A DNA stretch of 62,895 nt, counting the filler, from Ministeria vibrans ATCC 50519 (taxonomy: Eukaryota; Protista; Filasterea), in assembly GCA_943704425.1 (NCBI GenBank). It is 6 parts of 6 records of this genome, joined end to end, with 100 filler letters (N's around TTAATTAATTAA, not from the genome) between each part and the next. Parts side by side here need not be neighbours in the genome. Positions count along the whole stretch, not along the records: positions 1 to 28,378 come from CALSCP010002215.1; 5 more parts are not named here. One strand, 5' to 3'. Shown here in pieces: positions 1 to 9,967 of the stretch (positions within the stretch are counted from its first letter, which is position 1; each line of letters begins with the position of its first letter). The translations under genes and the position numbers were made by a program. The notes under the pieces are model-generated. The model was not told the DNA's origin. It saw nothing but the letters and a program-made list of their open reading frames with translations, and did no database searches.

Positions 1-147
1 GATTATGCTCTCTGGGGAACTCGATTAGGCGGCGGCGGCGACAATATTATACTCCCAACTCATGGCTACTCGAATCTCGCCACTTTTTTCACCGTTGCGA
101 GTGTGGCGACGAAGTGACCCCGACTCTGATACCACTTGCAAAAATTG

Positions 148-177
148 AAATTGGCCTCTTCGACAAGGGGACAAGGA
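148..177 (+). repeat. ~30-bp direct repeat, copy 1 (copy 2 at 5832-5860), bracketing the P-like transposase
   Basis: aaattggcctcttcgacaaggggacaagga vs aaattggcctcccgacaaggagacaagga. Confidence 0.75.
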
Positions 178-348
178 GGGGTTTCACAAAAAGAGCCTTT
201 ATGCTCCTAAAAATGGACTGTACAGTGTATATTTGCCCTGGGGTGGTGTCGACGGGGTGAATAGGATGGGTTGGTGAACGTCGAAGCGAAATAAAAGTGA
301 CAGAATTATTTACTATATTTAATCACCAAAATACAACTTCTATACAGT

Positions 349-3300
349 CTAGTTATGTGCTAAGTCCGAATCCAGATCGTCAATGAACCTGTTCGCCTCG
401 ACAGTGTCCACAAGCAAAGCGGCGGCCGCATGTCGAGCCCGTCCTGAGCGAACTGGCCTTGTGCTTGTTGACAATGTCGCTGGTATTTCAAGTTGACCGC
501 GCACTTCAGCTTCACCGCCGGCTTCAGGCGTGAGCCTGGCACTTGGCATCGTTGGTGCAGGTGCGCGCTTCTTCGTAGCTTTCGTTGCTGGTCTTCCCAG
601 TCGCCGTTTCTCACGCTCGTTTGCCATCAGAACCCTGATGGATTCCTCGGCAGTGACGAGAATGAGCTTCAACTCCGGCTCTGCCAGAAACCAGCCTGCT
701 GGCCTCTGGGGCTCGACATTGCAAAGCTTGACGACGTGGGCCATCTGAACAGTGCGAATACGGGGAGGGCTGCAAATTGGCACAAGCAACATGTCGTCGC
801 AGCCCGTGTCCATGTCGGCGGCACCGTCCGTTGGAGCGCCAAACCCTTGACGAAGCCAAACGAGACGCCCATCGTGTTCAGCTGCCGCATCAGCGTCAAC
901 TGCATCATACACTGTTGCGAGCAATTCGGCCGCGCCTTCCATCGTGCGTATGCCAATGCGCTCGCTGTTCGCCGCACTCAAAGAAGCCTCTTGAAGCGCC
1001 ATCCTGCGTGAGCGTGTTGCGGACGGGTTCTTCTTTGACCGAGCAGGATACTGAACTGTCAAGCTGAGCACAACACCGAAACTGACACTCCATGTCTCAT
1101 TGACCGTTGCTGGAGCAGCGTCGTTCACGTGCTGGTTGAGTACGGCCACAACGGCCCCGGGACGCAACGTGGATGTGTTTGTGCCACAAGAGTTGTCGGC
1201 GAGTCGAACTGAGCCTTGGACACGCGTTTTCCGCTCTGCTCCCGTCTCCAATGTCATCGCAGACAACAACCTCTTCGTGAGCTTGGCGCCAAATACGGCC
1301 TTCTGTGTACCTCGTCGTCCCTTCTCGTTTACTTGATACGCGCCGCCTCGCGCGTCGTGATCGGTGAGATGTCTCGGGTCATGCACGTCAGCAGGGATTA
1401 CATCGGCAGACACTTCGGTTGCGAACGAAGCGGCTGACGAGTCGGACTCCCCGGTACGCGCGGTGTGACTCACGGACGTCTTCAGCTCCGCGATGTCGTC
1501 CATGCTTCCCACGGCCTCGTGGCGCTGCTGGGCCAACTGAGAGGCCACATCAAAGACCGCGCCAACTGCACAGGGCGTCATTTGCGCCAATTCGGCATCG
1601 GCTGAGCACGCGTCTGCATCAGCCACGTCCGGCTCCATGCTCTGCACGAGAAACTCGGGTAGCTCGTCAAAATCAGAGTCATCCTCCTCAACGTCTGCGG
1701 CATCAACGGCCTCCAGCAGGTCGTTCACGCCAGCGTCATCTGCGTCAAGATCCACGCCGGCGGTCGGCTGTTTGACATGGTCATCGTCGTGATCGTGCAG
1801 GAGCTCCGTGTGCAGCGTCATTGCGCTGGTTGCTGAGGTGCGCATGTTTCTGATGTGAGCGGCAAGTTCGACCGCATCGCCCTGTTCGCCACACAGGAAG
1901 GCAGCGTGACGCCCGTGCTCTGCGCCAGTGAGGAACCCGGTGCTAAGTTCATGTGCAAGGCGTTGCACAAAGTCACTCTTTTCCTCGATAGCGCCACCAA
2001 AGGTCGACGGGGTATAGAGCGACTCATCAAAGCTGGCCATCCCCCACTCATTGATTTCAAAATGCAGCGCCCCATGCATTTGAGACGCTGCGAGACGATC
2101 GCATTTCTGCTGCCACTCATTTGCTCGTACCGTGTTGCGTCCTCGTTGCTCGCTCATTTGCACGCCAGTACCACCGTCGCCGCCTGACAGCGCCTGAAAT
2201 CTCTCTTGGAGTATCCCGAGGCGCACATTGAGAGTGTGCAGTGCCTCGGAAGCACTCACATCAGGCGTGTTTCGGTTGCTCTGACGAATGCCCCTGAACT
2301 CCTGCTCGCACATGTCGCTGTCGTACATGCGGTTAGGGTCAAAGTAGCGCACGGCAGTCTGCCCACAGGCAACAGCAATGTGGAGCATGCTGACCGGCAT
2401 CGAGCCGACCGTGCGAAGAACGTCTTCATAGGTTTGTGCGGTGTAGAACGCATTTGCTGAGTCTGACAACGCACGCAGCTTCTTCAGCGCACCCCAGACG
2501 AAGCCACAGCGGTAAGCGCGCCCTCTCCAGCTCATGGAAAGTCGCCCAAAGGCGTCCGCAAAGTTGAAGTGGATTGCGACAAATAGAAGCAGAGCACAGA
2601 TTGGAAGCCCGCCAATGAAGGCTCCCTCCTCACTGGCGGTCAGCTCCAGCAGTCGGTGCAGCAGTGCCGGTGACGAGCGACCCATGGCTCGACTCACACT
2701 TTGCTTATCGCCGTTGCCTGGCAGAAGGCTAGGGGTGACAACTTGTTTGTGCAGAGGAACACCAACCACTGTGTCGGCGGCCGCGATGGCATTGAGCACG
2801 CCAGGACAAACAGGCTGAACACCGAAAAAGTGGAGCTTGTGCGAGTCGAGCATGTTGCTGCAGCGCTTGACCATATGGGCAATGTCCTGTCGGTGTATGA
2901 CACCACGTACCAGAGCGACTGGGTCCACGCGGGCTCCAGGTGCGTCGTTGCAAAGAGGGACAAGCAGGCCGACAAGGTGATGGAGCTCTCGAGGCGCGTC
3001 TAGAGCTTGTAATCGTTGCTGGCATTAGTCAACCGACCACTTTGCGCGACGCAGAGGCGAGCCGACGGCACACCCTGGGAAGTTTAGGTCGATCTGAGCC
3101 TTGGCGGCGTGCACGGCGCGCGGATCGCCATCTGTGTGGATGCCTTGCAGAACAACATCGCCTCCCAAGGCAGCTTGCAAATGTTTCATGGCGTTGGTGA
3201 ACACGCGCAGTTGAGAGAGAGCGTCAAAGTTGTTGCTGCTGAAGGTCGCAAACAGGGGCACCGACGAGGCGAGTCGCTGGCGCGCAAGGGTGGGAGATGT

Positions 3301-5600
3301 CAGCAGGACTTGACACGTGAAAAGGGTGAGATGGGAGCTGAGCGCAAGCTCTGGAGACTGACCGTCGTTGCCAACACGCGCACGGACCTCCATGGCACTC
3401 GCTGCCACGTGTGTCCAAGGCACCTCGATAAGCGGCTCGCCGTAGGTCGTGCCACCGACATGCTTCTGCATGCCGTGCGGCTGAACACCGGCGAGAAAGT
3501 AGCGCGCCACCGTGTTCCCAGGCGCCGACGCGAAGCGCAGAACGTAAACTTGGATGCAACCCCGCACGTTTGTCTGGTCTGTCGCTATAGACACCGGAAT
3601 GTGCGCATTTCCGTCGATGCGCATACCTTGTAGAAGTGTGTCGCTTGCGTTGTCACGCTGCAGCTGCGCAACAATCGCCTTCAGCTGTGTCATCAGCAGC
3701 GGCGCCACGACGCTCATCTGCTCTACAGAGACACCTGGAATAATCTACAAATGCGGGTACGTAAGCTGCCAAATGAAAACAATAATGATCTGCCGTTAAT
3801 TGTTGTGAAATGGTACCTGCTGTCTGCCGAGAGTTTGTCGATAGCGGGCGATAGTAGACTCGGCCATATCGCCCACAAATGTTTTGACGGCCGTCATGCC
3901 AGCACGACGGCCCATCAGATCCAAGAGGTGAGAGGCGAGTTGTTGGATGTGTGGTGGATAGCGCCGGCCCTTCGCTGCCTTGCTAGCGTTCGCCGTGCAC
4001 ATCTTCAGCAGGCGCTGAAGCAACTCGAGCCTCACGTGTTCGTTGGCAAAGGCTCGGTCATCACCGCGCGCAGAGCTGTGGCGAGTGCAAGGCGTCGAGC
4101 CGATTGACGTGCCTTCGCACTGTGCTTCGCCGCTTGCATCGTCTTCAGGGTACCTTCATTGCGGTCCTTGACGAGGGTCACAACAGCTGCACGGACATAT
4201 TGCAGTAAGCCCGCGTCCTTGTTTTTCGGGTTCTTGTACGTTAACAAAAGGTTGCAAGCAGTGCAGGTGCTGCGCTTGCGCCTCCCTAGCTCGTTCACCG
4301 GTACCTCGTGGCAACAGTCGGCGTGGTAGAGTGCCGCCGAGTCGTAGATCGAGCCGTCCCAGTCGCAAAGCGCCGCGCTGTGGACTTTGTAGCTGAACAG
4401 CGCCGTCCCATCCTTTCGATTAAACGAGTGGCTTGCCAAAGGCTTGTCGTCGACCAATCCGTCTCGTAGCACGCTTGATAGCCGCTCGCCGCCTTTGCCC
4501 AATGTCAGTTGCGCCATAGCCACGCCAAGACATGGTTGGGGCGCGACTGGTCGCGCTGGCAAGTCAGAATGCGGGCGTGATTGTGGGGCCGTCACGATCG
4601 CACGCGTCTCGTTCGTAGTTGTCGACGAGACACTCATGGCACCCGTGAGCGCAGAGGCGGTGCTGCTGGAGGTGCTGCTCTGCCCGCGCATGAAGTACGC
4701 ACGGAATCCCAACTGCTGCTCCGTTGGAGGAGTGGGTGGCGGTGCGGAGACAGGGACGTGTTGTGTGCTGATGTGCTTCCTCACCCAGCCCAACAACAGG
4801 TTAAAATCGAGCCCGACAAACTGTTTGGGACACATCCCGCACGCTGCCCGAATGCGTCCGGTTGCGTCGCAGTCAACAATGCGGGCGGCACAGGTTTCGG
4901 GCTTTAGTTTCCGTTGCTTGAGGCCCAGCACCGTGGCGTAGGCAAGGCTGGTCGAGAGACGCAAGGTGAGTTGATCGACGGTGTTGACGTCGATGACGAG
5001 CTCAGCTTCACTAGGGCTATCAGCCGACGTGTTCCCGTCGTCCTCGGCCTCCTCAGAGCTCTCCTCGTTTTCAAAGTCATCGTCAGCTACGTGGGGCTCT
5101 TTGAGGCCACTGGAGCGTGCGCGCTTGCTTCCTTGGCCGCCGCTCTCGCTTGCAGCAGGGCCAGTAGCGGGCTTCTCTGCGACGTCGACGTTGCGCGCGC
5201 GTTTTTTTGTCAACACGATTGTAAAGACGAATGACGGAAGGTCGTCGTCGCGGCCGCACACTCTCTGCCAGCGCAGCATCTCGCTGCAAGTGACGGCCTC
5301 AAATGGGACGCTCCGGGAGGGCGGTGGCGACAGGACTTGCAGAGATAAAAGAGTTGCTCGGCCGCCAAATACGGTTTGTGCGTGGGAAGTAAAATCCGCA
5401 ATGGCTTGACTCGCTCGCACTGGAATCTGGAACTGCTTCTTATCTACTATAAATAGACAACATGCCACAGAGGCCACAGTTAGGTGACGTTCGCCAACAA
5501 GGGAAACAAGTCGAACTTCAGTCGAACCTCCCGTCACGTTGTCCTCTTGAACTGTATATAGTACCAGGACCTGAACAAGTTCGTCTGCCAGGTTCGACAT
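349..5600 (-). pseudogene. P-element/THAP9-superfamily-like DDE transposase, disrupted (one frameshift, one in-frame stop, one intron)
   Basis: Four consecutive minus-strand ORFs give P-type motifs in order: C2H2-like CGMC..RKHISTQH; GRRY...LAS..L...ESTIARY; VSIATDQT (D1); IHTDGD (D2); QDIAHMVKRCSN (DxxHxxK); DKQSV; SDMCEQEFRGIRQ (E). GT-AG intron 3816-3745 joins LGRQQ to IIPGVS in frame. Frameshift between 4155 and 4035. In-frame TAA at 3027-3025. Confidence 0.75.
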
Positions 5601-5831
5601 GCTCTGTGTTGCACGGACAACAGGTTCAGGGAGAGAATGAGAGGGAGATGAGTGTGCCCGAATCGAGAAAAACTGAATCTCGAAATATACTTGTAAAACC
5701 GTATCCAGTTCGTAACCAAGCCTCGAAACTGTGTCGTAAACGTCTGTCCTTCCCTACGCACACGACTGAGTGGCGCGACTCCGCGCGAGGCACTGATTGC
5801 GACGGGTTTCAGACCCACTTGATCTTTTGAA

Positions 5832-5860
5832 AAATTGGCCTCCCGACAAGGAGACAAGGA
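5832..5860 (+). repeat. ~30-bp direct repeat, copy 2
   Basis: Near-identical to 148-177. Confidence 0.75.
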
Positions 5861-6222
5861 ATCGAGGCCTTTGCAATTTTTTTTGAGTGTGACAGATTAC
5901 TTAGTGAGTCGGGGTCACTTCGGTCCCACATCAGCCATTTTCTTCTAGCGCTGGAAGAGCCACGCAAAATCCCCGCGCCCGGCCACCGTGCCGTTTGCAC
6001 CACTGGAATCACACACCACACACACACACCCCTACATAAACACGGCAGGCGATGGCAAGCGCCGATAAAGAAATGGAACAATCGCGAACAAAAAAAAAGA
6101 AATATTAAGCGAGGATACCCGCCACACAAATTCCTCGCCAACTCACGACGCGCCGTTTGCTCACCCTCAGACTTCAACTGGACAATTTTTCACCAATAAT
6201 AAAATCTACTATGAAATATTTA

Positions 6223-6298
6223 CGAGTAAAATGGTAAAATGGTAATTACTTTACTCGAGGTTTCAGCGCCGAGCGTAATTACTCTTTTACTTTTACTC
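6223..6298. repeat. Imperfect inverted repeat/hairpin, probable transposon end or MITE remnant
   Basis: gagtaaaatggtaaaatggtaattac ... gtaattactcttttacttttactc; both arms contain the palindrome gtaattac. Confidence 0.55.
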
Positions 6299-6314
6299 CC
6301 TCTTTTGAAACCAG

Positions 6315-7046
6315 TTACATAGTAATTTGGAGCCTTAGGCCAATGCGGTGGTCGATATCGATATCGCTCGAGGAAATGGGAAGTGGCTGTTCGGGTGCTG
6401 GGACTTCAGCGGGCACACGCTGCTGAGCAGTACTAGCATCGACTTGAGCGAGTGCAGGAGCAGCTGATTCGGTTGCACAGGCCTGCACAGCTGGGCGTGG
6501 GCGTGCGCGTGGGGCAGGCGGTGCTGGTGGCACGTCGACGTCGAGAAGACCACCAATAACTCGCGCCAGTGGTAGCTCGTCGTCAGGCACGCGCTCAGCG
6601 ATAATGGTGGCGCCAGTAGTGGCACTGCGCGTTCGCAAGCGAGCAATCTCGGCGACGATGGAGCGGTCTTCGGACTCGGGGAGCGGGAGATCAAGGAAGG
6701 CGTGCTTGAGCGACGACTTCCCAGCGCCGCTCGCGCCAACCAAGATCACCTTGAGGCTTGGGCAGGGAACGGTGCCGTGACGACGCGCGAGTGAGAGGGC
6801 GCGTTCGTAATCCGCAAGTCGGCTGTTGACTCTCAGAACCAAATGCAGAACGGTTTCGGTTTGGACATTGTATGCCGCCAGCGTACGTTCGTCGAGCAAC
6901 ATCTTACCTTCGAAAATGAGACGCTGCTGGGCTGGCGAGATGTCCTCGCTGGCATGGATCTTCTCCTTCACGGCGCCTATCGTGTCTCTCGGCTGAACAT
7001 GGACCGTGATAGTTTTGCCAGCCAAGGTCTTCACGAAAATTTTCAT
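6315..7046 (-). CDS. Ubiquitin-like domain fused to the N-terminal part of a Roc-type P-loop GTPase; apparently 3'-truncated
   Basis: [15 protein letters not shown]...QQRLIFEGK...LHLVLRV (ubiquitin fold, no GG), then [25 protein letters not shown] (Roc-like G1). No G3/G4 or COR before the ORF runs into the AT-rich hairpin. Confidence 0.7.
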   Translation of the reverse strand: MKIFVKTLAGKTITVHVQPRDTIGAVKEKIHASEDISPAQQRLIFEGKMLLDERTLAAYNVQTETVLHLVLRVNSRLADYERALSLARRHGTVPCPSLKVILVGASGAGKSSLKHAFLDLPLPESEDRSIVAEIARLRTRSATTGATIIAERVPDDELPLARVIGGLLDVDVPPAPPAPRARPRPAVQACATESAAPALAQVDASTAQQRVPAEVPAPEQPLPISSSDIDIDHRIGLRLQITM

Positions 7047-7344
7047 GTATATATATATATCTATATATTACTTATTTTATTTTAATAGTTATACTTTTTT
7101 AATATTTGGGTGCCAACGGTGCCACTTAAGATATATTACACTCTAACACTGGCGCTCACTGACGCCTCATGACGCCCTAAACCTCCTTTTTTTAACCCTT
7201 TCTCCTCCTAGACTTCCTTCACTCTAATACTCCTGTTTTATTGATGAGGTTGTCCCTTTTTGCGGTTGTTGCTTTCACGCTACATACCTACCAATACTTC
7301 AGTAACCACTTTCACTTTCACTTTTATGTCTTTCGACCGATTTT

Positions 7345-9021
7345 CTATAGTAAGGTTTCCAATACAGTAACGGTAGTGTGGTCCACGGGCTGTGCAGAAG
7401 CTTCATCGTCAGAATGCTCGTCTGAGTCAGAGTAGGCGTCAAAGTTTGGATAACGCTGTTTAGACACTGCTTGGAGTGCTTGGAGGAAATTCTCGAAGAG
7501 AGACCTGCCGAATAATTTCAGCTCAAGATGCGAAGTTCTGATACCCAAATCATTGAGGCGGTGGAAGTCGGAGTCGATTTTTTCAAAGAGCGACTGAAAC
7601 TTTGCTGGAATGTCCACAAAAGCGCATGAGATGTTCAAGCTCTGCGCACGATTACTTATCTGCACCAAATTTCTCAATGAGAAGATGGACTCCTGCCACT
7701 CAGACGAGTGTTCATCGATCATTGAAGACATCTTCTCAATGTAAGGGCTCAGTTTCACCTTCGCTGAAGACAATAAAGAAGTGATACGAGAGTAGCAACT
7801 CATAGACAACCCGTTGCTAATCCGCAGAAGTTCATTACGACTAGCTTCGCAAGAACTGAGTGTCTCGAGTAAGCTACTGTGCATGCTGAGGAGGTGGTCC
7901 TTGTCCTGCGTTTCTTGAAGCAGGTTTTGACTCTGCTCACGAAATTCCGCAAACTTGAATAGTTGGTTCGTACATTGCATGTCAAGGAAAAACTTTTCCC
8001 CGACTATCGTGTCCAGTTCCTTAAGTAATTCCTCCATCGCCTGCGCATACTTCTGATGAGTCATCTCGAAATCGTTCATCCAAGTCCTCATAGAATGAAA
8101 CACGAACAGTCCCTTCAGATTCAATCCAAACGCATCGAGATTGTCGGAGTCATGGCGTGAATAAAGGGTCATCAGAGTGGATTCCAGTGCTACTGGATAC
8201 CAATTAGAGGGCTTTATATACGCTCCAAAGGAAACCGACCAATACAGCACTCGTACGAAACATAGCACGAGTAGAATGGCTGCAATAAAAAGCGCCGCCA
8301 AACGAAAAGGCATAATATGATCGACACTGCATAAAGCTTGTACGTAGATAAATGTCGTGCTGTTTAGCGTCGGACTTCCATAGAGGAAATGAGAACGATA
8401 CGTATCGCACTGTTCGTTTTTCAATTCAAATTGGCTTGTGTTAAAGTCAGCACATACCGTGCAGTCGAAACTGGTATTTTTCGTCAAAGGGATACCATAG
8501 ACAAGTAATAGCACTATATATATGATAGAGACCAGACAGAGAATAACCGAAAGAAGAAAAGCAGTATACGAACGGCGGACAGCACCAGCAGACATGTTTG
8601 CAATCGGGTTCGAGAGAACAGACTCCAAATCGCTCAACTTCTTCTCCTTGATATACTTCTCAGTTAAGGCGACGATATTACGCACGTTCTCGAAATGGGG
8701 TGCAAGGGTAATGAAGAAAAGAAGAGCCACAAGAAGCGAAATGGCAATGAACACGGCTGCATTCAAAGCCTCAAAATTGCTGCGATTCTCACCGAATTCG
8801 GTTGCGACATTGCACCGGGTGTTCAGCCATCCACTTGTAGAGGAGAGGTTCGTAGATGAGAGAACTGGAACGCATGAGATTTCGGCAGGGAAGAACAGGG
8901 AAAGCGCGTTCAAAATAATCAGAAAACCACTCGTGTACAGAAGCAAACGCAAAAACCACGGCAACGGGATACCCAATAGCGAGTTGAAGTATTGACGGTC
9001 GACAAGACTTTCCATTATCAC
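7345..9021 (-). CDS. Pannexin/LRRC8/innexin-like four-TM large-pore channel with a helical C-terminal domain (no LRRs)
   Basis: 558 aa, intronless. PW before TM1; loop-1 Cys pair EISCVP...WLNTRC; TM2; Y-initiated TM3; loop-2 SFDCTV...ALCSV..PFRLAALF into TM4 ending LYW. This matches the Cys/TM layout of pannexin and LRRC8. Confidence 0.65.
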   Translation of the reverse strand: MIMESLVDRQYFNSLLGIPLPWFLRLLLYTSGFLIILNALSLFFPAEISCVPVLSSTNLSSTSGWLNTRCNVATEFGENRSNFEALNAAVFIAISLLVALLFFITLAPHFENVRNIVALTEKYIKEKKLSDLESVLSNPIANMSAGAVRRSYTAFLLSVILCLVSIIYIVLLLVYGIPLTKNTSFDCTVCADFNTSQFELKNEQCDTYRSHFLYGSPTLNSTTFIYVQALCSVDHIMPFRLAALFIAAILLVLCFVRVLYWSVSFGAYIKPSNWYPVALESTLMTLYSRHDSDNLDAFGLNLKGLFVFHSMRTWMNDFEMTHQKYAQAMEELLKELDTIVGEKFFLDMQCTNQLFKFAEFREQSQNLLQETQDKDHLLSMHSSLLETLSSCEASRNELLRISNGLSMSCYSRITSLLSSAKVKLSPYIEKMSSMIDEHSSEWQESIFSLRNLVQISNRAQSLNISCAFVDIPAKFQSLFEKIDSDFHRLNDLGIRTSHLELKLFGRSLFENFLQALQAVSKQRYPNFDAYSDSDEHSDDEASAQPVDHTTVTVLETLL

Positions 9022-9194
9022 AACGAAGGGAGAAGAGAACGGAACAGCAGTAAATTTTCTCTCATTTCAGAGCGAATATCTTTTTTGTTAAGTTTCATCG
9101 AGATTCTCAAAAAAGTTTTATCAGTTTCCTCGATTTTTAAGTAGTTTTTCATTCATTCGCCTTCAGGCATATACAGATTGTGATACATTCGTCT

Positions 9195-9401
9195 TCAGAC
9201 ATTTCCCATGAAGCCAAATGGGAGCATAGACGCACGCATTGCTGCACGCTGTGTGTTATTGACTGGACAACGACACATCGCACACTCATCGGACTGTTCG
9301 TTCCACTCTCCAGCACATGCCCAATGAAAGAAATGTCCGCAGGTGACGAATTGGATGACAAGACATGTGTCTTCAATGTCTTCATGGCATATTGGACACA
9401 T
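9195..9401 (-). CDS. Small RING-H2 zinc-finger protein (E3 ligase-like)
   Basis: CPIC-x15-CGHFFHWAC-x10-CAMC, canonical C3H2C3 spacing. Confidence 0.8.
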   Translation of the reverse strand: MCPICHEDIEDTCLVIQFVTCGHFFHWACAGEWNEQSDECAMCRCPVNNTQRAAMRASMLPFGFMGNV

Positions 9402-9967
9402 ATCGTCAAAGGGGGGCTACGTCAACCCAGAATGAGTGCATGAAAAAACTAAAGACACCACGTCACCTTTACCACCACACTATGCACACCACGAACATAC
9501 CTGAAACACAAACAGCATGCCCCATTTGCAGACGATAGCGAGTGAAGTTTTTTTTTTCTATCCAGAAGAAACACATCGCACCAAGCAGCCGACATCGGCC
9601 ACAACAAACCCCATACACACACATGTAAATTGGGGCGTACCTTACGTGCTCAGGAAGTCAGTGTTGAATTTCTGGTGTTATGGTGATCGTCGTGCGCTGT
9701 CTGAGGGTTGTGAATTCGTGCGTGAGCTGTTCTTTTTTTGTTTTTTTGTTGAATGAATCTATCGCCCCGCTTGTTTGCGCCTGCAAAATGGTGTGTGGCT
9801 GTGTAGACTACGTGGTGGCTCTTCTGTACCTCCGTTTCTTTTTTGCTCACCATAACTGCTGCGGCTGCGCAATTTGTAAGGCTTCCCTGATTCTCTCCGT
9901 AGGCCCTCCCCCTATCGCCTGGTAGATTATTACATATCAGACTGTCCAATAGACGAGCCGTCCAACT

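Noticed and set aside
3025-3027. TAA reassignment (in-frame TAA in the transposase; also after KGH at 62751)
   Set aside because: ERD2, MUT and the cyclin end at TAA, ERD2 at its conserved C-terminus; decay is simpler
4032-4155. Programmed frameshift in the P-like transposase
   Set aside because: No slippery heptamer; the gene also has a nonsense codon
493-5409. Many plus-strand ORFs over the transposase (and antisense ORFs over other GC-rich genes)
   Set aside because: Shadow ORFs without motifs
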